Assembly: GCA_051652765.1 (NCBI GenBank)
Contig: JBOFUV010000093.1
Span: 1-15,377, forward strand
Direction: 5' to 3'
Origin: Microcoleaceae cyanobacterium
Lineage (GTDB): Bacteria > Cyanobacteriota > Cyanobacteriia > Cyanobacteriales > Microcoleaceae
DNA length: 15,377 nt
The translations under genes and the position numbers were made by a program. Shown in pieces: positions 1 through 6,785 of the stretch (position 1 is the stretch's first letter; every line of letters starts with the position of its first letter). The notes under the pieces are model-generated. The model was not told the DNA's origin and made no database searches. It saw nothing but the letters and a program-made list of their open reading frames with translations.

Positions 1-65
1 GAGGGACTTCAAGCAATTCTGGCTCCCCTTCTCCTGCCTTGGGAGAAGGGGCTGGGGGATGAGGG
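1..65. repeat. Cyanobacterial palindromic small dispersed repeat (REP-like), probably truncated at the window start
   Basis: CCCCTTCTCC (25-34) pairs with GGAGAAGGGG (42-51), followed by CTGGGGGATGAGGG. GAGGGACTT (1-9) looks like the tail of a preceding hairpin. It lies just downstream of the Uma2 stop and may also act as a terminator. Confidence 0.7.
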
Positions 66-73
66 ATGACGTT

Positions 74-631
74 CTACTCCACCACCAACTCAAACCCTGG
101 CAAAACATCCTCACCTTTCAACCTGGCAGGAATGGATAAGACTTGAACAGGTTGACCAGGGCGATAGATCTCAACGGTTGCCTCACTGGGGTTGATCAGC
201 CATCCGAGCCTAACCCCGTTGTCCATGTATTCCTGCATTTTTTCCTGAGCGTCTACCAATCTGTCGCTAGGCGACATCAACTCCAAGGCAAAGTCAGGGG
301 CTAGGGGTGCAAATTTCTGGCGTTGTTCCTGGCTCAAGGATTCCCATCTATCCAGTCGTACCCAGGCAGCATCAGGGGATCTGATAGCGCCATTGGGGAG
401 TTTGAACCCACCACTGGAGTCAAACGCTTTCCCCAACTGGGTCTGCTCATTCCAAATCCATACCCTGGCAGCGACCCCAAGGTTGTAGTTAGAGGTTTCA
501 CTTCCGGTGGGTGGATTCACAATCAGTTCTCCTGCAGCAGTCCGTTCAAGTCTGAGATCTGGGTTGACCTGGCACAGATCCCAGAATAGTTCATCCGTCA
601 CATAAATCTTTGGGGGTGCAGTTGTCAGCAT
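74..631 (-). CDS. Uma2 (DUF820) family PD-(D/E)xK putative endonuclease
   Basis: 185 aa with typical Uma2 motifs NPDLRLERTAAGEL, RSPDAAW, APDFALELMSPSD and YMDNGVRLGWLINP, ending VLPGFEL. A GAGGAG RBS-like motif lies upstream on the minus strand. Confidence 0.93.
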   Translation of the reverse strand: MLTTAPPKIYVTDELFWDLCQVNPDLRLERTAAGELIVNPPTGSETSNYNLGVAARVWIWNEQTQLGKAFDSSGGFKLPNGAIRSPDAAWVRLDRWESLSQEQRQKFAPLAPDFALELMSPSDRLVDAQEKMQEYMDNGVRLGWLINPSEATVEIYRPGQPVQVLSIPARLKGEDVLPGFELVVE

Positions 632-826
632 GGCCTAATGTCCTCCTCATTCCTTCTCTCCATTCAATCGCTGTAACGGGTTGATCTGGAGCAGCGATCG
701 CCACTCTACTGTTGTTACTAGTGTTTACAATTACTAATAGTGTTTACAACCATTTAAGCAAAGTTTAAATACAATCGATTGACACGGCACTTTAACTCTG
801 GGAAGGTTTAGCTAGGACACCCTACA

Positions 827-990
827 GATCTCTAAATCCTCCGACCTTGAGGAAGTTTGCTGCCCCCTAAATCCCCCAACCTTGAGGGACTTTACTGCCC
901 CTAAGTTTTCCAGCTTTGAGAAACTTTGCTGCCCCCTAAATCCCCCACTGGGGGACTTTAAGAAATCTAGCTCCCCCAGTATTGGGGTCT
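827..990. repeat. Four degenerate ~35-bp tandem hairpin repeats (consensus GCCCCCTAAATCCCCCAnnnTTGrGGGACTTTrCT) plus a partner hairpin
   Basis: Units are at 827-861, 862-896, 897-930 and 931-~962, followed by CTCCCCCAGTATTGGGG (971-987). There are no unique spacers. Confidence 0.8.
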
Positions 991-1073
991 GATGGCTACT
1001 CAAAAAGCCGCTAATTCTCAAAAAGTCAGCTATTTTGAACTTTAATTGAGCATCGTTTTTTTTTAAGAAATCA

Positions 1074-1147
1074 CTTGAAACGCTGATCTGATCAGGTTTC
1101 AGGAGCTTCTGCCAACCCCCTGATTGTCAAATGTAAAGATGTATAAT
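1074..1147 (+). promoter_or_regulatory. Candidate promoter/operator region of the RTX gene
   Basis: Near-perfect palindrome TGAAAC-g-CTGATC-t-GATCAG-GTTTCA (1076-1101) and a perfect TATAAT at 1142-1147. No well-spaced -35 box was seen. Confidence 0.35.
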
Positions 1148-1234
1148 TGCGAGGCTTAAGACCAATATGACATTAAAACTCTAGGACACTTAAGTTTGTA
1201 TTAAAAGTCAATTTAAACTCATAGGGAGGGACTG

Positions 1235-4200
1235 ATGACATTCACATTTACACGCATTGCGAATACGGGCTTTCCTACACCAGAAGGAGATGATAATTTT
1301 CTGGAGTTCGGCGATTTCTTTTCTGACGAATTATGGCCGCCAGCCCTTAACGAGAACAGGGATATTGTATTTTTTGCTCGGAAGAATGAGAATAACGAAA
1401 GCGGCATTTATTTTTACGACGACTCGAATAGACAAATCAGCACCATCGTAGATAGCGATACTTCAACTCCAGATGATCCCTTTCCAGATGACGGTTTTGA
1501 TACGTTCTTAAACTTTTCCCTTCCATCCTTTAACAATAACGGAGAGATTGCCTTCTTTTCAGTAATCCGTTTTTTTCCCCTTAATGAGAATCCTCCTGAT
1601 GGAAATCCTATTAGAATCGGGACTGGAATTTATACGACAGCCGGAGGACTCAATCGAGTTGCAGATCCAACTACTCCTGTTGTGTTCCAACCTGGCCCTT
1701 TTTTTCCTATGGACGAGTTTTCTTCGCAGTTCTCACTTTATCCGGATCTGAATGATTCGGGATCAGTAGTTTTCTCTATCAATCCAACATTCGCGAGTTC
1801 AGGAACTAGTGAACTCTACCTCAGAAAGAATGGAGTCTATGAATCCATAGTAGACGCTGATACAGTGATTCCGGGCACTAGCCTCAACTTTGAGGACATT
1901 AATTGGTCAATTTTAAATAATGCTGAAACGATTATTTTTACGGGTTCCTCCAGTGACAGTTCAGACCCAGAAGTACAGGGAATCTATCAAAGTCGTGGAG
2001 GAAACTTAACAACCATTGTTGATAGTAACACTCAAATTCCAGGCCGGACTGAAACCTTTGAACGGGTCTATTTTCCTAGTCTAAATGAGAATGATAACGT
2101 CGCATTCTTTGGGATCGATTCTAGTGATCAACGTGGTCTTTATCTCAGCAATCGTAATGGAATTGGTTTGGTAGCTGATACAAATACTACAATTCCAGAA
2201 GGAGTTGGGAATTTTATTGAATTTATCTATCCAACTAGTTTAGATAATAATGAAAATTTAGCATTTGTGGGGATTGGGGCAAATAACCAGCAGGGAATTT
2301 ATGCGAATGTAATGGGAGAATTCTCAACGGTTATTGATCTGAATATTCCTTTGGAAGAAAAGGCAATTGAAGGTTTGGCATTTGGTCAAGAGGGACTCAA
2401 GGGCAATCAAGTTGTCTTTTCAGCAAGATTTACAGATGGTACAGAAGGCATTTATCTCGCCGAAAATGCTCCGGTCAGTCTGAGTTTAAGCGTTGATTCA
2501 TCCCGAATTTCTGAAAGTGATGGTGAGAATGCCGCAACTGTTACTGTTACTCGCACAGGTGGAACTGCAGCCGCTTTAAATGTTACCTTGACCAGTCTTG
2601 ATCCAACTGAACTAACAGTTCCTACAACTGTAACCATTCCTGTTGATCAAACTTCGGCTTCATTTAGTATCAATGCAGTGGATGATTTGATTAAGGACGG
2701 GGATCAACTGGTTGACATTTCGGCAACCGCCAGGGGATTTGACCAGGAGATTATTTCTATCACTGTTACCGACGTTAACGATCCGCCCAGTTTCACCAGC
2801 GTTGCGCCTACTAGCGCTACCCAAGACTTTGCCTACACCTACAACATTATTACCACCGATCCTGATACGGGAGATGTCTTAACCGTTACCGGAGCAACTC
2901 TCCCCAGTTGGTTAACCCTAACAGACAACGGCGACGGCACAGCAACGTTAACGGGAACCCCCACCAACGCTAATTTGGGGGCTAATAACGTTGCCCTAGA
3001 AGTTCGGGATCTGGCCAATGCAACTGCCACTCAAGCTTTTACTCTCACCGTTGCCAACGTTAACGATCCGCCCAGTTTCACCAGCGTTGCGCCTACCAAT
3101 GCTACCCAAGACTTTGCCTACACCTACACGGTTACGGCTGAAGATCCTGATACGGGAGATGTCTTAACCGTTACCGGAACAACTCTCCCCAGTTGGTTAA
3201 CCCTAACAGACAACGGCGACGGCACAGCAACGTTAACAGGAACCCCCACCAACGGTAATTTGGGGGCTAATAACGTTGCCCTAGAAGTTCAGGATCAAGA
3301 CAATGACACTGACACTCAAGCGTTCACGCTCAACGTTAAAGACGTTAACGATCCGCCGACAATTTCTGGCACGCTTGCTCCCAACGTTAATCAGGATAGC
3401 AATTACAGCTTCATGCCGACATCTAGCGACCCTGATGGAGACGTATTGAGCTTTTCCATTGTCAATCAACCGACCTGGGCCAGCTTTGATTCAGCCACTG
3501 GAGCCTTAACGGGGACTCCTGACAACGCCAACGTCGGCATCACCAACGACATTACTATCAGCGTGACCGATGGTACCGTCACCCTGGCTCTGCCTGCCTT
3601 TGACTTGGAAGTGATTAACGTTAATGACCTGCCCACTGCCTTGAACCTGGACACCAATTCAGTGGCCGAGAACCAACCCGTTGGAACCGTGATCGGCAAC
3701 TTCAGCACCCTTGATCCGGATGTTGGGGACACTCATACTTACAGTTTAGTCGCGGGGGTTGGAGACACTGACAACAGCCGGTTTGGCATCCTCAACAACC
3801 AACTGGTGGCTCAGGTGAGCTTCGACTTTGAAGCCCGAAGTACTTATAGTATCCGGGTTCAGACTGATGACGGCAATGGCGGCACCTTTACCCAAACGTT
3901 CACCATCAACATTCAGGATGTCAACGAACCCCCGACCAACATTACCCTCGACAACACTAACGTTGATGAGAATGTTGCTGGGGTCGGGATTGGTAACCTC
4001 AGCGCCATCGATCCAGAGGAAAATCCCATCACCTTTAGTGTGGATGATAGTCGATTTGAAGTGGTCAATGGTCAACTCAAACTCCGAAATGATCAGAGCT
4101 TGGACTTTGAAATAGAGCCCAATGTTGATCTGCTGATCACTGCAACGGATTCATTGGGCCTGAGCGCAACCCAGAATTTCTTGTTAGTGGTTACCGTGCC

Positions 4201-5257
4201 TGAACCCACGCCAACTCCAACCCCAACTCCTGAACCCACGCCAACCCCAACTCCAACTCCTGAACCCACGCCAACCCCAACTCCAACCCCAACTCCAACT
4301 CCAATCGTTCCCGGCCCCAATGTGATTGACCCCACCAATGACGTGCCTCAGATCACTCCCCCAACGCTTGAACCAAACGAGAATCCAGCCGAAACCATCA
4401 ATGTTGAACCCGGTTCCAATCCTGTAGTAGGGACATCCGGCAACGACAACATTTTCGGCAGCACCAGTCCGGACGTGATCTTCGGTCAGCCGGGTATTGA
4501 TTTTATTAGTGCAGACACTAGCGGCGACACAATCTACGGCGGGGAAGGGGATGACCAGATTCAGGGCGGATTTGACAGTGATTCTATCTTCGGAAATCTG
4601 GGCAACGACCAAATGCAGGCTGAGGGCGGCGATGACTGGATCAACGGCAACCAGAACAATGATTTCCTCAGCGGGGGGAATGGAGCAGATACTCTGTTTG
4701 GTGGTCGAGAGAATGACACCCTGCAAGGTAACGACGGCAATGACCAAGGGTTTGGCGACCTGGGAGAGGATTTACTCGAAGGCAACAGTGGAAATGACTT
4801 GCTCTACGGCGGTCAGGACAATGATACGGTTTCTGGCAACGACGGCAATGACTTCGTCAGCGGGGACAACGGTAATGACCTGCTTGATGGCAATGCGGGC
4901 CAGGATACTGTTATTGGCGGTGCGGGCAATGACGTTCTGGATGGGGGTGAAGACGATGATGTCCTCAATGGCGGAGCAGGGGATGACCTGTTAGTTGGGG
5001 CGGGTGGCAATGACCAAGTGACCGGAGGGAGTGGTAGCGACAGGTTTGTTCTGGCGTTTGGAGATGGCACAGATACGATTCTAGACTTTGAAGACGGGAT
5101 AGATTTCCTGATATTGGATGGGGGTTTAACACTTGGAGACCTGACTCTGGTTCAGAATAGCGATAACATTCAACTCCTGTTCAACAGTGAAGTTCTAGGA
5201 GTCTTAAATGGGGTTAGCATTGGGAATATTACCTCCAGTGACTTTACTTCAATTTAG
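1235..5257 (+). CDS. Large RTX-repeat calcium-binding surface protein/adhesin (predicted T1SS substrate): NxxGxxAF-repeat beta-propeller, Calx-beta-like, He_PIG/Ig and cadherin repeats, Pro/Thr linker, RTX tail
   Basis: RBS AGGGAGGG at ~1222-1230 and no signal peptide. About 7 NxxGxxAF-like repeats (e.g. PSFNNNGEIAFF, PSLNENDNVAFF). DVNDPP / LPSWLTL / LTGTP Ig repeats and cadherin motifs (FDFEARSTYSIRV, LDFE). A (PT)n linker precedes many GGxGxDxLx nonapeptides and a GTDTILDFEDGID...SDF C-terminus. Confidence 0.9.
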   Translation: MTFTFTRIANTGFPTPEGDDNFLEFGDFFSDELWPPALNENRDIVFFARKNENNESGIYFYDDSNRQISTIVDSDTSTPDDPFPDDGFDTFLNFSLPSFNNNGEIAFFSVIRFFPLNENPPDGNPIRIGTGIYTTAGGLNRVADPTTPVVFQPGPFFPMDEFSSQFSLYPDLNDSGSVVFSINPTFASSGTSELYLRKNGVYESIVDADTVIPGTSLNFEDINWSILNNAETIIFTGSSSDSSDPEVQGIYQSRGGNLTTIVDSNTQIPGRTETFERVYFPSLNENDNVAFFGIDSSDQRGLYLSNRNGIGLVADTNTTIPEGVGNFIEFIYPTSLDNNENLAFVGIGANNQQGIYANVMGEFSTVIDLNIPLEEKAIEGLAFGQEGLKGNQVVFSARFTDGTEGIYLAENAPVSLSLSVDSSRISESDGENAATVTVTRTGGTAAALNVTLTSLDPTELTVPTTVTIPVDQTSASFSINAVDDLIKDGDQLVDISATARGFDQEIISITVTDVNDPPSFTSVAPTSATQDFAYTYNIITTDPDTGDVLTVTGATLPSWLTLTDNGDGTATLTGTPTNANLGANNVALEVRDLANATATQAFTLTVANVNDPPSFTSVAPTNATQDFAYTYTVTAEDPDTGDVLTVTGTTLPSWLTLTDNGDGTATLTGTPTNGNLGANNVALEVQDQDNDTDTQAFTLNVKDVNDPPTISGTLAPNVNQDSNYSFMPTSSDPDGDVLSFSIVNQPTWASFDSATGALTGTPDNANVGITNDITISVTDGTVTLALPAFDLEVINVNDLPTALNLDTNSVAENQPVGTVIGNFSTLDPDVGDTHTYSLVAGVGDTDNSRFGILNNQLVAQVSFDFEARSTYSIRVQTDDGNGGTFTQTFTINIQDVNEPPTNITLDNTNVDENVAGVGIGNLSAIDPEENPITFSVDDSRFEVVNGQLKLRNDQSLDFEIEPNVDLLITATDSLGLSATQNFLLVVTVPEPTPTPTPTPEPTPTPTPTPEPTPTPTPTPTPTPIVPGPNVIDPTNDVPQITPPTLEPNENPAETINVEPGSNPVVGTSGNDNIFGSTSPDVIFGQPGIDFISADTSGDTIYGGEGDDQIQGGFDSDSIFGNLGNDQMQAEGGDDWINGNQNNDFLSGGNGADTLFGGRENDTLQGNDGNDQGFGDLGEDLLEGNSGNDLLYGGQDNDTVSGNDGNDFVSGDNGNDLLDGNAGQDTVIGGAGNDVLDGGEDDDVLNGGAGDDLLVGAGGNDQVTGGSGSDRFVLAFGDGTDTILDFEDGIDFLILDGGLTLGDLTLVQNSDNIQLLFNSEVLGVLNGVSIGNITSSDFTSI
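2772..3341 (+). repeat. Near-identical 285-bp (95-aa) tandem duplication of an Ig-like (He_PIG-type) module
   Basis: GTTAACGATCCGCC recurs at 2774, 3059 and 3344. The first two units are nearly identical at DNA level, including synonymous sites. Confidence 0.9.
4199..4303 (+). repeat. Pro/Thr linker minisatellite (3 x 30-bp PEPTPTPTPT units built from CCAACY hexamers)
   Basis: CCTGAACCCACGCCAAC occurs at 4199, 4229 and 4259. Confidence 0.9.
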
Positions 5258-5357
5258 GGCGTTGCTGAATAGCAGGATGAGTCGCCCCCCAGCCCCCAAT
5301 TCTGGGGGCGAGGAAACTTGCAACTCAGACAGATTCATCTCTACATTCAGCAACGCC
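5258..5357. mobile_element. 100-bp MITE-like element with terminal inverted repeats
   Basis: Perfect 13-bp TIRs GGCGTTGCTGAAT (5258-5270) and ATTCAGCAACGCC (5345-5357), extending imperfectly to ~26 bp (GATGAGTC vs GATGAATC). Internal hairpin CCCCCAATTCTGGGGG. No clear target-site duplication. Confidence 0.7.
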
Positions 5358-5404
5358 TGCTTCAGAAGGGCAAATTGGGTTACAAGTTGGGGTTATAAGG
5401 GTCT

Positions 5405-6610
5405 CTAATCTTTTGGCAGCTTGTATTGATCAACAATACGTTTGGCAAACTCAGGAACATGATGGTCTAACTTTTCTGGGTGGTTGCGCTTCACGTACAA
5501 GTAATTGCGGGTGAAGTGGGAATCAATGGAAAATCGAGCATACTCTAATCCTTTTGGGCCAATTCGTTCAATCACCACTCCCATCATTTTTGCAGCCCAC
5601 ATCGGCAACGTCACCCCCTGATCGTAAGCTGGAATACTCTGTTGAACGGCTTGCTGACGCTTGCCCTGGGACATAACAGGTTGGGTTTCAAGCTGATCCA
5701 TCACCCGGTCTAACATTTCCTGTCCTGTTTGATTTCGCACCACAATCCATTGCCAACCAAACGGAGCCCCCATGTAGCCCACGACTAAATCAGCCAGGGA
5801 GTTCACGTAGTCAAAACAGCTCAAACAAGACGGGGCAAAAATATCTTTTAGTTCTTTGGTATTCAAGCCGAAGAAAGGAACTGTTTCCGTTGACCCATCT
5901 TCATGTTTGAAGTGAACTCGAAAGTCCTGCATGAACTCGTAATGCACCACAGTTTCAGGAGAGCGGCTGGTTGTTTCTAGGAACTTCTGTAATCCTGCCC
6001 GAGTCACGTTATCCACGCAGGGAGTCCCCAACACATACAGTTTTTCTAGGCCGAGTTTCGACTCAACTGCCCGTAGTGCCTGGATCTGACAACCAACTCC
6101 AATCACTAACAACCGCTTCATCCCCGATTGTTCCACCTGTTCTAAAATTGATAGATTGGGGGACAGGGTCGGTTTATTCACCCGCGCCGCTAAAACTTCT
6201 GCCGGAGTTCGGGCAATCACAGGCATAGGCTGAAACCGATCCTCAGGGGTATTCTGAACGCACACAACCCCCTCAACTGTTCCCTGGGTCAACATTTCAC
6301 AGGCGATCGCGCTGACAATTCCTGTCCATTGGGCCCCGGCAATCGGTTGCTGTTTGCGGGCTGCCATCATGTCTTGATGCACCCCAAAATACCAATCATC
6401 TGGGTTGTCTAAATCCCGGCTGCGTCCGTGGGCTTGGGTTTCAAGTTCAGGAATTTGCTGGTTGAGAAACGCACAAGCTTCCTTAACGTAGTGAATGTAA
6501 TAAGTGTCGCAGAGTCCACACTCACTGCAAAGTTCCTTGGCCGGACGACGACTTCCGGGTTTCAGCGCTCTGGCTTTCTGATGGCTGGATGGTTCCTGAA
6601 CTGAGGTCAT
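5405..6610 (-). CDS. bciB: Ferredoxin-dependent 3,8-divinyl (proto)chlorophyllide 8-vinyl reductase (FrhB-like family; Slr1923/CvrA type)
   Basis: KARALKPGSRRPAKELCSECGLCDT, GAQWTGIVS, VLGTPCVDN, HYEFMQDFRVHFKH, SCLSCFDY and GLEYARFSIDSH match the cyanobacterial BciB/HCAR-like family. The start at ATG 6610 (MTSVQ) is preferred over 6637. Confidence 0.85.
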   Translation of the reverse strand: MTSVQEPSSHQKARALKPGSRRPAKELCSECGLCDTYYIHYVKEACAFLNQQIPELETQAHGRSRDLDNPDDWYFGVHQDMMAARKQQPIAGAQWTGIVSAIACEMLTQGTVEGVVCVQNTPEDRFQPMPVIARTPAEVLAARVNKPTLSPNLSILEQVEQSGMKRLLVIGVGCQIQALRAVESKLGLEKLYVLGTPCVDNVTRAGLQKFLETTSRSPETVVHYEFMQDFRVHFKHEDGSTETVPFFGLNTKELKDIFAPSCLSCFDYVNSLADLVVGYMGAPFGWQWIVVRNQTGQEMLDRVMDQLETQPVMSQGKRQQAVQQSIPAYDQGVTLPMWAAKMMGVVIERIGPKGLEYARFSIDSHFTRNYLYVKRNHPEKLDHHVPEFAKRIVDQYKLPKD

Positions 6611-6785
6611 GTTAGGCAGAGACCTTAAATATTTCAAATTAACCTTAGCCAGTCGCTACCCTGGCAATTTAATCCATCTAGCAATCGGCCATCCAAAATT
6701 AGTGACAATTTTAGATCGTTGCGGTTGCCTGATAGCTATGATAGAGGACTACTTTATGCAATTATCCTACTATCTTACCAGGTTT

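Noticed and set aside
827..990. CRISPR array
   Set aside because: The units are contiguous and degenerate with no unique spacers, and there are no cas genes in the window.
812..1021. 69-aa minus-strand ORF
   Set aside because: It is a translation of the palindromic repeat array (GGFRGQQ repeats) with no recognisable domain.
4093..5070. Antisense and alternate-frame ORFs (GV-repeat 81 aa, 187 aa, 165 aa and others)
   Set aside because: These are shadows of the repetitive PT linker and RTX codons of the real gene.
5208..5408. 66-aa ORF across the RTX/bciB junction
   Set aside because: It spans the MITE-like element and overlaps the end of the RTX gene, with no coding evidence.
5405..6637. 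Coenzyme F420-reducing hydrogenase beta subunit as the actual function
   Set aside because: The fold is shared, but the motifs and cyanobacterial context fit the chlorophyll 8-vinyl reductase BciB, and no hydrogenase genes are nearby.
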